Assembly (NCBI GenBank): GCA_963783575.1 | Contig: CAWAOD010000014.1 | Span: 32,001 to 96,000 of the forward strand | Length of the DNA: 64,000 nucleotides | From: an uncultured Spirochaetota bacterium | GTDB taxonomy: Bacteria; Spirochaetota; Brevinematia; Brevinematales; JAOACQ01 | Direction: 5' to 3' | Part shown: positions 23,253 to 33,572 of the stretch, piece after piece | How positions within the stretch are numbered: position 1 is the stretch's first letter | Layout: the number at the start of each line of letters is the position of its first letter | The notes under the pieces: generated by a model | The model's input: only the letters and a program-made list of their open reading frames with translations | Database searches by the model: none | What the model was told of the DNA's origin: nothing | Translations under genes and position numbers: made by a program

Positions 23253-23279
23253 TATTATAAAGGATATTTACAGGGTAGA

Positions 23280-23389
23280 TATCCTACGGAAAGTATGAAA
23301 GTGGAGTTTGAAAAGTATGATTTTGATATATCTTTTCCTGATAAAGAGATATAATTAACAATCAACCTGTTTTATATAAAAAAGTATGA
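23280..23389 (-). promoter_or_regulatory. ~107-bp upstream element, copy 1, with TCATACTTT boxes
   Basis: Closely similar to 25175-25281; AAAGTATGA at 23290, 23312 and 23381. Confidence 0.7.
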
Positions 23390-23816
23390 TACGCTTTAAA
23401 AAACGGCGGGAGAATTTCTTCCCCCGCTGCCTAATAGAAAAATAATCTTAAGCTGCAAAGCACCTATCCTTAGACCGGTTCAATGAGGCTTTAAAGGATA
23501 CATTTCAATTAAAATAAGATGGAATTACCTCATCCATAAGGTTTGCCTGAGAATGTTATTCAATCCATCCAGGGGCAATAAGCCTTTATTCACCAGCCGC
23601 ATTCCTAAGCTCTGGGGCGAAAACTGGCTTTTTAGGTATACGGCGCGTATGAGATTTTTATGAGGAGTCTTCTATTTTGAAGTCAGTAGCACTGAATTTG
23701 GTATTGGTGTAAACGTATCATCATTGACACTGCCGCCCGGGCATTGTTCTTATAATAAGTACAGCTTAACCTAAGAGTCAGGAACGGCGGTGATTAGCGC
23801 AAGCCAAAAATGAAAA

Positions 23817-23852
23817 AGCGGCCCAATAATTCTATGATTTTTTGGGCCGCTC
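23817..23852 (-). terminator. Hairpin downstream of the beta-helix lipoprotein gene
   Basis: AGCGGCCCAA...TTGGGCCGCT stem with a T-run on the minus strand. Confidence 0.6.
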
Positions 23853-23885
23853 CGAGATGATTCATTTCCGTATTACGGTCTTTTA

Positions 23886-24977
23886 TTAAATCTGCTGCGC
23901 ACCGCCGGTATGTAATATTTCGAAAGCGGGGGTTATATTATAAATATTTTGAGGTACCCCCGTAATTACTTGTGTCCAATAATTATTTTCCGCATAGATA
24001 TCAACACCGACCTCCGAAGAAGTGAGAACCATTTCATAACCGACATTTGAGACAAATTTATTGCCTCCCGGGGAATAACCAGACCTTCCAAAGTCCGGCA
24101 TACAATCAGATTTAGTAGTATATACAAGTTGAATCACGGTACCTATGCAATTGTTTTTCATCGTGTTATAACTGAAGGTAGTGTTTCCTAATATCCCATT
24201 GTTGCCGAATCTCGGACTGGTCCATATGCCGTAATAGAATCCCTCAATATTATTATTTACGACGGATCCGCTGTTTCCCGAACCGATGACAATTCCATAG
24301 TCAAGCAGGTTAGCGCCTATCGGGTTATTAATAAATTCAATATTGTACAATCTATTGTAAGTGATTTGAACATTCTCATCAAGGCTTGCAACAGCACATG
24401 TCGGGATTAATGCGCCATTCGCGAAATACCTTGCTCTAACGGGAATCTGGAATCCGGAAATCTCGGCGTCAGTATGCAGAAGAACGCATGTCTGAAAATT
24501 ACTGATGTTGGCTATTTCACCGCTGGGCTGGCCTTCAGTATCTTTAATAATGGTAACCGCACCCTTATCATAACCGCCATGGGTACTTATAGTACCGATG
24601 AGATGAACATTAGCGGGTACTTCAATCGGCGCGTAGGTCTCACCCGACGTTGCCTTTGAGTAGGTACCCGATAAAACATGGAGGATGGCGCCCGGACCAT
24701 TATAATCGTAGGGTTTATCACCGTTCAATACCTTTTTAATGGCGGCAGAAATCGATTTGAATGGCTGGGTACTGGTTCCCGGGTTTGAGTCGTTTCCGTT
24801 AATCTGGCTGACATAATAAATCGGCTGCGTTTTGCGCTTAATTTGCATTGCAGCACCTGTGCTGCTCTGCACATCACTTAAATTCCCCTTATTTTTGTCA
24901 TCTAAACTCAGATTTGAGCAGCCAAAAACTGAGAAGAGAGCAAAAATAACCAAAACCCCTAGAAATTTCGTATTCAT
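23886..24977 (-). CDS. Lipoprotein with DUF1565 / pectin-lyase-like beta-helix domain
   Basis: Lipobox VFGC; YYVSQINGNDSNPGTSTQPFKSISAAI motif; beta-helix-like repeats. Confidence 0.75.
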   Translation of the reverse strand: MNTKFLGVLVIFALFSVFGCSNLSLDDKNKGNLSDVQSSTGAAMQIKRKTQPIYYVSQINGNDSNPGTSTQPFKSISAAIKKVLNGDKPYDYNGPGAILHVLSGTYSKATSGETYAPIEVPANVHLIGTISTHGGYDKGAVTIIKDTEGQPSGEIANISNFQTCVLLHTDAEISGFQIPVRARYFANGALIPTCAVASLDENVQITYNRLYNIEFINNPIGANLLDYGIVIGSGNSGSVVNNNIEGFYYGIWTSPRFGNNGILGNTTFSYNTMKNNCIGTVIQLVYTTKSDCMPDFGRSGYSPGGNKFVSNVGYEMVLTSSEVGVDIYAENNYWTQVITGVPQNIYNITPAFEILHTGGAQQI

Positions 24978-25174
24978 GCGAATACCTCCTAAATTTAAGA
25001 TTCATTTTCATACATTTCACATAATATTATACTGGAGGGGGTTACTTTTTCTAAAAATAAAAATATTTTCATTTAATTCCGTAGAGAAAGTAATTGTCTA
25101 CTCTGGAGAGACTAAAACATCAGCATACAGTATAAAATCTAATATAATAGTATAAAAGATTTTTGCAGAATAGG

Positions 25175-25281
25175 TATCCTGCGGAAAGTATGAAAGTGGG
25201 GTTTGAAAAGTATGATTTTGACATAATCTTTTCTGATAAAGAAATACAATTAATAAAACAGACTGTTTATATAAAAAAGTA
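25175..25281 (-). promoter_or_regulatory. ~107-bp upstream element, copy 2
   Basis: TATCCT.CGGAAAGTATGAAAGTGG.GTTTGAAAAGTATGATTTTGA... shared with 23280-23389. Confidence 0.7.
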
Positions 25282-25313
25282 GTAGAAGAAATTAATAACC
25301 ACGGCAGGAAAAA

Positions 25314-27794
25314 CTATTTCCCGGTGAAGTCGGCCATAATTTTAAATAGCAGGATTTCATAACCGCATTTTTCCACGATTTCAGTTTTAACAAGTTCGAT
25401 GAGTTCTTTCTTTGATGAAATTCCCATTTTATTATAGATATTCTGCTGATGGGTTTTAACTGTAGTTTCGGAGATAAAAAGCAGTTCTCCTGTTTCCTTA
25501 ATAGAATACCCCTGGAGCATTTTAGCCGTAACTTCGCTTTCCCTATCCGACAAGCCATATCTTTCATAGAAATTGTTTCCGGGTTGTAAAGTTTTTCCCA
25601 GCAGGGGATTCAAATCCATAAAAGCAAGGCGGATGGCATTACTTTCCCCATTTTCGGCGGCTGAAGTCAGTTTTAAAAGCGCCGTAAATTCGCTTCCGTC
25701 TTTTCGTTTCAACCGGTACAGGGCTATTTCTTCAGTTTCTGACGCTGTTTTTTTTGTAAGGTTATTTTCAAATCTTTTGTTCTCTTTTTGACTTAAAAAA
25801 TTATAAATCGACGGATTCTTATTGATTTCATTTTCATATAGATGGAACAATTCAAGCCCGGTTCGGTTCATGTAGACAATTCTGCCATCTGGTTTAATTT
25901 CAGCAATACCGGACGCCGAAAATTCTGCAATATCCCGGAATCTCGCCTCGCTTAAACGCAGCTCTTCGACTTTCAGAATCAAGTGATCCCGGAGCCGCTT
26001 CATCGCTATCTGCGACTTTACCCTTGATTTCAATTCATTTCCCGAAAAAGGTTTGATGATGTAATCTACAGCCCCGGCATCCAGACCTTTAAGCTTATCC
26101 GTTTCAGATGATTTTGCGGTAAGGAAAATTATGGGTATGCTTTTTGAAGTCCCCCGGATAGTGCGAAGCATTTCCAAACCATCCATCTCAGGCATCATAA
26201 TATCGGCAAGCACCAGATCCGGTTTTTTATCATAAAAGACCTGCAAGCCCTCCCTGCCGTTTTTAGCTTCAAGAATCCGGAATTCATTACCAAAATTTTC
26301 CCGGATATAAAGACGCATATCCGCATTATCATCAACAATTAAAACCGTATCCCCGGAAACGGATTCTTTCAGAGAATCGGCTTCATCAGTTTTTTTAAAA
26401 CCAGGCGCATCCGTAAAATCCGATAGAATGTAATAGCTGGATTCACTATTTTCATTTAAGCCCGGCAATTCAATTTCTTCCGGTGGAATTTTATCATCAA
26501 CAGGAAGAATAATTGAAAAGCTTGAACCCATACCAGGTTTACTTTTCAGCAAAACCGATCCTCCCTGAATTTCAACCATTTCTCTGGTTAAAGCCAGACC
26601 GATTCCGGTACCTTCATACTTCCGGTTTGCCGAAGAATCTACCTGATAAAACCTATGAAATATAAGTTTTTGTTGATCGTTCGGAATACCTATCCCGGTA
26701 TCTTTTATAATAATACTGAAAGCTCCATTGACGGAAGACGGATAATCCAATTGCACTACGATTGAACCTCCCTCAGGAGTGAATTTCAAAGCATTGGAAA
26801 GAAGATTTAAAATCGATTTTTCCGTTAAATTTCTATCTATCGCCGTTTTAAGGCCTTCCGTTTCATCAAAAAAAGCGATAGTCAAACCTCTGTACTTTGC
26901 CGCCGATTCAACCGAAGATATGATCAGTCTTAAAAATTCCGGTAAATCTGTCATTTGCTTCCGGGCGACCATCTTACCGGATTCAATCCGGGTAAAATCA
27001 AGAAGCTGGTTGATAAGCTTCAGAAGACGATTTCCGTTTCTAAGCATAGTTTCAAAGACAGGGCTATCTGAAGGAATATTATTTCCATATGTTCCGTGAA
27101 TAATTGATTCAACAGGCCCCAGAATAAGTGTCAGCGGGGTTCGAAGCTCGTGAGACACATTTGAAAAAAACTCCGTTTTCAGACGGTCCAACTCTTTCAA
27201 TTTTACATTGGCGTTTTCTAGTTCCTCCGATTTTTCATTGATCTTTTTTAAAGCCAGTTCATAGCTGTTCATAATAATGTTGATTACAAGGAATAGAAGA
27301 AAACTCAATAACACAAAAGTCGATACCATGTCTATCAATTTATCCAGCGGTGATTGATATGGAATAATCCATTCAGGTTTGAAATTTTGTAAAAGGGCTA
27401 ATGCAACCATATTGGCAATATAGATAAAAAGAATGATCAATCGTTCCTTTTTATTAACAAGCATTTCAAAATAACAAAAGCCAATCATAAATAAAAGAGG
27501 GGGACTGCCATTATAACCTGCATTATTGAACCAATTTATATTAAATGTTAATAACAGTGACGCTAATCCTACCCATATCAGTCTCCGGTAATATTTATTT
27601 AATATCAGTAGAACTATAAATATCAGACTCATACCAAGTGTAGTCACAAACGTAAAAAGCGTTGCTTTAATGACTATATTGATTATATCGCCTATAATGC
27701 AATTGATCGCACCCATAAGGCATAAAAAATTATAAATCCTGTTTTGCAGGCTTTGATTTTCAGCATCCCAGAAGTATTTGATCAATTTTTTCAC
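25314..27794 (-). CDS. Membrane hybrid sensor histidine kinase-receiver-PAS-LuxR HTH
   Basis: N-terminal TM segments, H-box SHELRTPL, NLLSNALKF, DTGIGI, GTGIGL, REC (IVDDN, ADIMMP), PAS, HTH LSDRESEV...ISETTVKTH. Confidence 0.92.
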   Translation of the reverse strand: MKKLIKYFWDAENQSLQNRIYNFLCLMGAINCIIGDIINIVIKATLFTFVTTLGMSLIFIVLLILNKYYRRLIWVGLASLLLTFNINWFNNAGYNGSPPLLFMIGFCYFEMLVNKKERLIILFIYIANMVALALLQNFKPEWIIPYQSPLDKLIDMVSTFVLLSFLLFLVINIIMNSYELALKKINEKSEELENANVKLKELDRLKTEFFSNVSHELRTPLTLILGPVESIIHGTYGNNIPSDSPVFETMLRNGNRLLKLINQLLDFTRIESGKMVARKQMTDLPEFLRLIISSVESAAKYRGLTIAFFDETEGLKTAIDRNLTEKSILNLLSNALKFTPEGGSIVVQLDYPSSVNGAFSIIIKDTGIGIPNDQQKLIFHRFYQVDSSANRKYEGTGIGLALTREMVEIQGGSVLLKSKPGMGSSFSIILPVDDKIPPEEIELPGLNENSESSYYILSDFTDAPGFKKTDEADSLKESVSGDTVLIVDDNADMRLYIRENFGNEFRILEAKNGREGLQVFYDKKPDLVLADIMMPEMDGLEMLRTIRGTSKSIPIIFLTAKSSETDKLKGLDAGAVDYIIKPFSGNELKSRVKSQIAMKRLRDHLILKVEELRLSEARFRDIAEFSASGIAEIKPDGRIVYMNRTGLELFHLYENEINKNPSIYNFLSQKENKRFENNLTKKTASETEEIALYRLKRKDGSEFTALLKLTSAAENGESNAIRLAFMDLNPLLGKTLQPGNNFYERYGLSDRESEVTAKMLQGYSIKETGELLFISETTVKTHQQNIYNKMGISSKKELIELVKTEIVEKCGYEILLFKIMADFTGK

Positions 27795-28232
27795 AAATAA
27801 TTTACCTGTTTTTATTATAGTTTTTTTTCATTTGTTTTGGGATATATTTAATTAAATTCTGTTCATATCTATCATAATCCATATTTATTAATTCTTTTCA
27901 GCTTGAAATATCCAGTTTTTATCTGAAAGTTTAGTTGTGTGGCAAATTGGCAGGATTGAGCACTAAATATTTTAATTATCTGCGGAATTTTGGAAATGAA
28001 AAATCGCAAATTCCGATACCTTCATAATTTCAAAACTACCCATAAATTCATAATTTTAATCAGAAAATAAACAAAAATCAAATAATCAAATCATTTTACT
28101 CCCTATCTTTACCTGATGATAAATTAAATAAGAAGGGTTTTGTGAAAAGTAAAAAAACTGAAGGCAGAAATATGGTGGCATTCATCCACAATCACAAGAC
28201 CATATTCGGAAGAACAGCACTTACTAAATAAA

Positions 28233-28265
28233 GTCACACTATTTTTACCGATTGTCACACATTTT
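28233..28265. promoter_or_regulatory. Direct repeat, possible operator
   Basis: GTCACAC(T)ATTTT twice at 21-bp spacing in the divergent promoter region. Confidence 0.35.
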
Positions 28266-28434
28266 ACTTAACATTTATTTTTATGCCTGTTTTTTCAAAA
28301 ATTTGTGCATTATTGGAGCACGGATTATAATTTTTCTATGAGTCCAGTTATAAATGCTATTTATAGTAAGTTATGAAGTTGAAAAAAAATGGGAATGGTT
28401 AGAAACAGGATCGATATTTCGGCTTGAGGTTATT

Positions 28435-30912
28435 ATGAGGAATAGTCAGGTATTTCACGAAAATTACAGAACTTTCGGTGTTTTAATAAATCAAATTGAA
28501 GGACGTTACCAATCTCTTCTATTAGAAGGATTCCGTCGTTTTGCCGAAGAAAATAATACAAATATCATTTTTTTCACAGGCAGAGCCTTAAAATCACCTT
28601 ACCCGCAAGAGAATGAGTACAATATAATTTATAAATTGGCAGAAAGCAGGCGATTAGATGGTATTATAATTGCGGCTGGAACTATAGGAAACTACATGTC
28701 AAATAAGGAAATACAAGAATTTTGCAGTAATTATTCCCCGCTGCCGGTAGTTTCCATATCTCGTAAAATACCTGGAATACCAAGCGTTTTTTCTGATAAT
28801 AAATCCGCTATGGAAACGTTAATAAATCATTTAATTGAAGCTCATGGATTCAAGAGAATTGCTTTTCTTAAAGGGAATAATACCAATCCGGAAGCGGAAG
28901 AAAGATATCAGGGATATCTGGAAGCCCTTTCTGCTCAGAATATTTCAATTATACCTGATCTGATTTATCAGGGTGATTTCAGTTACCAGGCCGGAGAAAA
29001 TTTTATACATAACCTTTTAAAGATGAAGCAAATTCCTTTTGAAGCTTTGGCTTGTGCTAATGACGAAATGGCTTTAGCGATATGCCAGAAATTCTCCTCA
29101 ATAGGAATAATGATTCCGCGTGATATTGTTGTAACAGGTTTTGATGATATATCGGAGGTACAGCAGATGATACCCCCGCTTACAACTATACATCAGCCAA
29201 TATTTGAAGAAGCCCGCAAAGCTTGTACTCTGCTAAACCAGATTATCAATGGAGAAAAAGTACCGGAGGAAACAATAATTCCGTCTAAACTCATTATTCG
29301 GGAATCTTGCGGTTGTTATCACCTCCCATTCCAATCCCTGCGTTTGAAAATCCAATTTTCTGAATTAAATGAGCAGATAGAAAAGAAATCTACTAGTAAG
29401 GAGCAGATTAATCTTGTAGAAAACCAGATTTCTGAAATCCGCGAAAATATTCAAATGGAAATTATTAAAGCAACTTCTCCTGACCCCATTGATAAAAAAG
29501 AAATTTTGTCAATATCCGGTATTTTGATAGATACTTTACTTTTGGATTTAAAAACACAAAAGAGTCCGGCCAGTTTTATTTACCTTCTAAATGAATTTAT
29601 ATCGCGCCAGAATTTATGGACTGAAGGGATTCAATCCTGGCAACTAATCCTATCTGTAATAAGGGCGCATTTTCTTGCCCTTATTACAGATCCCAGATTA
29701 AGATATTTTATTGAAGACGTCTTTCAGAATGCTCAAGCCATAGCTGCTCAGCAAACGATTCACAGGGAAATAATCCGTTCACAGGAACTAATGAATAATT
29801 TTTTAAATCTTAGAAACATAATTCGGGATATCCATATAGAGTTCGAGCTGGACATGCTTATTGAAAAGCTAAGACAATGCCTGCCGGTTTTTCGTATCCC
29901 GGGATTTTATATTGTCTTATATCCTGAAGCTGGTTCTCTATCAGATTTACCAGAAGAGTTGATATTGGCACTCGGATTAAGTGAAACGAATTTCAATAAT
30001 AATATCCCAGCAAATTTATGTTTTTCAACCTCTCAGATTCTTCCAGATGTTGTCGTAAAGTCCTCACATTTATACCGCATTGCTATCCTGCCTCTTTTTT
30101 GCCGGAGTATTCATTTTGGTTTCATTGCAATCGAATTTTCTCAAATTGAAGAAATAATTATGGATTTTATAAGCGAACAGATCAGTCTTGCTTTATACAC
30201 TATAAAACTCTTTCAGGATAGGAAGAAAGCAAATGAAAAACGTGAAGCTGCTATTGCCGAACTTCGTTCAAGTGAATCGCGCTTTCGAAATATGGCGCTT
30301 TTTCTGCCTACAATTATTATTGAAACTGATATTAATAACAAAATCCTCTTTATGAATCAATCTGGAAAAGACTTGCTATTTTCGGAGAAGGATACTAAAA
30401 CTGACTTTGCGACAGATTTAATATTTCAAGAGGATCGGGATAGAATTCTGAAGCTTCTTGATCAGATCCGGGATTCGAAAACTCTTACCAGGACCGAATT
30501 CAGAATGATTAACAAGAATAAATCGCCTGTCACTATGCTGGTACATCTGATTCCCATACAGGATGAAAAAGGAATATTGACAGGACTACGCTGGAATGTT
30601 ATTGATGCTAAACCACTGATGATTTCCGCAATTTATCCGGATGAATCATTCTATGACAAATATCGTATTACTAATAGGGCAAAAGAAGTCATGCTTCTTA
30701 TACTCCAGGGCTGTAAGATAAAAGAAATTGCTTCACGATTATTCATTACTGAAAGCACGGTCAAGGGTCATATGGGTTATATTTATAACCACCTGGGAGT
30801 CAAAAACAAGGCCGAAATGATTCATTTCTTAGAAAATTACCAGTTAGAACATCTTGGATACCAATCATTTGTTTTTTCACTTTTAAATGATTTTTCCGGC
30901 CGTTCGGAATAA
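28435..30912 (+). CDS. One-component regulator: LacI/GalR-type sugar-binding domain + PAS + LuxR HTH
   Basis: RIAFLKG, CANDEMA, VTGFDD, PLTTIHQP, IIRESCG (LacI effector domain with no N-terminal HTH); C-terminal ITESTVKGH LuxR HTH. Confidence 0.88.
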   Translation: MRNSQVFHENYRTFGVLINQIEGRYQSLLLEGFRRFAEENNTNIIFFTGRALKSPYPQENEYNIIYKLAESRRLDGIIIAAGTIGNYMSNKEIQEFCSNYSPLPVVSISRKIPGIPSVFSDNKSAMETLINHLIEAHGFKRIAFLKGNNTNPEAEERYQGYLEALSAQNISIIPDLIYQGDFSYQAGENFIHNLLKMKQIPFEALACANDEMALAICQKFSSIGIMIPRDIVVTGFDDISEVQQMIPPLTTIHQPIFEEARKACTLLNQIINGEKVPEETIIPSKLIIRESCGCYHLPFQSLRLKIQFSELNEQIEKKSTSKEQINLVENQISEIRENIQMEIIKATSPDPIDKKEILSISGILIDTLLLDLKTQKSPASFIYLLNEFISRQNLWTEGIQSWQLILSVIRAHFLALITDPRLRYFIEDVFQNAQAIAAQQTIHREIIRSQELMNNFLNLRNIIRDIHIEFELDMLIEKLRQCLPVFRIPGFYIVLYPEAGSLSDLPEELILALGLSETNFNNNIPANLCFSTSQILPDVVVKSSHLYRIAILPLFCRSIHFGFIAIEFSQIEEIIMDFISEQISLALYTIKLFQDRKKANEKREAAIAELRSSESRFRNMALFLPTIIIETDINNKILFMNQSGKDLLFSEKDTKTDFATDLIFQEDRDRILKLLDQIRDSKTLTRTEFRMINKNKSPVTMLVHLIPIQDEKGILTGLRWNVIDAKPLMISAIYPDESFYDKYRITNRAKEVMLLILQGCKIKEIASRLFITESTVKGHMGYIYNHLGVKNKAEMIHFLENYQLEHLGYQSFVFSLLNDFSGRSE

Positions 30913-30934
30913 CACAAAACGATTATAAAATAAC

Positions 30935-31073
30935 AGTACTTCAGGTTTGTTTTTATGTAGCATTTAAATCCTTTTATAAAAGCCAACGATTATTAATCTG
31001 ATTTTATGAAGTATTTTATTCCTTTCAATATTATCCATACCTAAGGTCGCCTGTAATTCCACACTACAGGTTC
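30935..31073 (+). promoter_or_regulatory. Putative three-box operator upstream of the GH26 operon
   Basis: AGTACTTCAGGTTTG (30935), CATACCTAAGGTCGCC (31036), CACACTACAGGTTC (31060); same layout as 38847-38986. Confidence 0.55.
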
Positions 31074-31176
31074 TTTAAATCTGTGATTACGAGCCTTAAA
31101 ATCTATGGATCAGAAAAATGAATAATAATTAAAATTCAAATAACCTAATTACATATTTTATCTTAAGAGTACCAAT

Positions 31177-32205
31177 ATGAAGCGTTTATTAAAGTTATTT
31201 TTAGTGGTTTTTTTGATGTTAATTGAATTTTTATGTTTTTGTTTTCCGGATTCTCCGCCGGTACAAATACAAGGACAAAAAAAGGAAATTTTCTGGGGTC
31301 TGTTTACTGAAGAGTTGCGGACTAATCTGAAATTACTGGATAAAATGGATTCTATGTATGGGAAAAAGCCTTTAATGATAATGTGGTATACAGATTGGCG
31401 CGCTGATTTTCCTGATCCTTACTGCACTATTCTGAATAGAAAGGGTTATATGCCCCACATAGTCTGGGAACCTTGGTATGCAGGCGATCAGAATTCTATA
31501 AACCTAAACGATATACTTGGAGGAAAATGGGATACATATATTAAAAAATGGGGTAAAGATGCCGGTGAATACGGTAAACCTGTAATGGTAAGATGGGGTC
31601 ATGAAATGAATGGCAACTGGTATCCCTGGAGTGGCTCAAAGAATGGAAATTCATCTGAAATATATATTAAAGCTTATCGATATGTTCACGATTTGGTCGT
31701 TGGAGCTGGAGGGACAAATATAATTTGGATATGGTCTCCTAATTGTGATAGTGTTCCTGGCGATTCTTTTAATCAGACAAAATTATATTATCCTGGCGAC
31801 AATTACGTTGATTGGGTTGGCATCGACGGATATAATTGGGGAACTTCACAATCCTGGTCAAGCTGGAAAAGCTTTGATGATATTTTTTCTAATTCTATTG
31901 ATGAAATTAATTCTTTTGCTCCAGGCAAACCTATTATGATTGGGGAAGTAGGGTGCAGTTCCTCAGGAGGGAAAAAAACGGTATGGATAAATGATTATTT
32001 TTCTTCCTTAAAAAATAAATATCCTGCAGTCAGGGCCTGGGTATGGTTTGATATAAGAAAGGAGACTGATTGGCGTTTTGACTCTGATTCTGAAAGCCTT
32101 GATGCTTTTAAGAGTGGTATTTCGGATCAAATTTATTCGACTAATCTTGATTTATTAGAAACCTTCAATCGAAAATTTTTAATTCAAAAAAATGAGCAGC
32201 AATAA
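31177..32205 (+). CDS. Glycoside hydrolase family 26 (beta-mannanase-like), secreted
   Basis: RWGHEMNGNWYPW, YYPGDNYVDWVGIDGYN, KPIMIGEVG. Confidence 0.9.
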   Translation: MKRLLKLFLVVFLMLIEFLCFCFPDSPPVQIQGQKKEIFWGLFTEELRTNLKLLDKMDSMYGKKPLMIMWYTDWRADFPDPYCTILNRKGYMPHIVWEPWYAGDQNSINLNDILGGKWDTYIKKWGKDAGEYGKPVMVRWGHEMNGNWYPWSGSKNGNSSEIYIKAYRYVHDLVVGAGGTNIIWIWSPNCDSVPGDSFNQTKLYYPGDNYVDWVGIDGYNWGTSQSWSSWKSFDDIFSNSIDEINSFAPGKPIMIGEVGCSSSGGKKTVWINDYFSSLKNKYPAVRAWVWFDIRKETDWRFDSDSESLDAFKSGISDQIYSTNLDLLETFNRKFLIQKNEQQ

Positions 32206-32285
32206 AATGTTTTCAGCTATATTAGTCATTTCGAACTTGAGTTTTAAAACCGCCCTAAACATTTTATTCAAAATGGAGGAATATA

Positions 32286-33374
32286 ATGAAATTATGCGGT
32301 GTTAACATTGGCGGACTATTTTCTCAGAATAAAGATTTTTCAGATCAATTTATCGACCAATTTATTACAAATGAAGACATTAAAATGATTTCAGAATGGG
32401 GATTCAATTTGATCCGCCTGTCTGTTGATTATAATTACTTGGAAGACGGTTCAGCATCATTTAAAAATAATCAAAGAAAAATAAATAAGATTGACCGGAT
32501 TATTCAATGGGCGGGAAATTATAATATTCATGTAATTCTAGATTTCCATAACGTTCCAGGTTTTACTTTTGAATGGAACCTTTTAAATAAAAATGATATC
32601 TGGGATAAAAATTCCTTGAACAGGAAGATGTTCTTGGATTTTTGGGAATTCTTTTCGGAGCATTATAAAGACTACGATAATATCATCTATGAACTTTTAA
32701 ACGAGCCTGCCGCACCAGATAATAATGATTGGATGAAACTTGCGGAGGAAACTATTCATGTGATAAGAATAAATGATCCGCATCATTTTATCGTTGTTGA
32801 ATCCAACAACTGGGGAAAAACTGAAACTTTTACAGAATTGAAGAAGTTCGAAGACAATAAAATCATTTATAGCTTTCATTTTTATGAACCTCTTCTTATC
32901 ACTCATCAATTAGCTCCTTGGACACCGTTTTTTAAATTTTACAAAATGAAGCTAAGTTATCCCGGTTCAATAATTCCCCTGGATAAAGAAGTGACTGAAG
33001 AAATAAAAAATGAAAATTTTTATTACAATGATTACCTAAAGTTAATTAATAGTTTCTGGGATAAAGAAGCCCTTCAATTATTAATGAAACCGGTTTTTGA
33101 CTTTAAAAAAAAGTATGACGTACCAGTCCTTTGCGGAGAATTTGGCTGTTATGTAATGGCGGATCCTAAAACAAGGCAAAACTGGCTGGAGGATATAATT
33201 TCTATTTTCAGAGAAAACGATATCAGCTATTCATACTGGACATATAAAAACATGGATTTTGGAATCTATGATTTCACTGATCTATATCTGGATAACCCAA
33301 ATTATGATCCGGCAAGCCGTCTTGACATTGATACTCTTAAAATTTTACAGAGTGGAATCAATATTGAGATCTAA
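32286..33374 (+). CDS. Glycoside hydrolase family 5, no signal peptide
   Basis: GVNIGG, ILDFH, YELLNEP, SFHFYEP, CGEFG. Confidence 0.9.
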   Translation: MKLCGVNIGGLFSQNKDFSDQFIDQFITNEDIKMISEWGFNLIRLSVDYNYLEDGSASFKNNQRKINKIDRIIQWAGNYNIHVILDFHNVPGFTFEWNLLNKNDIWDKNSLNRKMFLDFWEFFSEHYKDYDNIIYELLNEPAAPDNNDWMKLAEETIHVIRINDPHHFIVVESNNWGKTETFTELKKFEDNKIIYSFHFYEPLLITHQLAPWTPFFKFYKMKLSYPGSIIPLDKEVTEEIKNENFYYNDYLKLINSFWDKEALQLLMKPVFDFKKKYDVPVLCGEFGCYVMADPKTRQNWLEDIISIFRENDISYSYWTYKNMDFGIYDFTDLYLDNPNYDPASRLDIDTLKILQSGINIEI

Positions 33375-33572
33375 ATATTGCTTAATGTGGTATATATGAT
33401 AGGGCAAAGTTTATCTTTATTACGGAATGAGGCTTTAATATTACTTTTTTTTATTGTTGAAAGTTCAGTACTTTTTTTTTGTGTTGCGGATCAAAGGAAA
33501 ATAAGCAATATTTTCTTTAGAACTTAATTGATGTTGATTAAAATAAAAAAATATTTTGAAAGGAGTGTAAGT

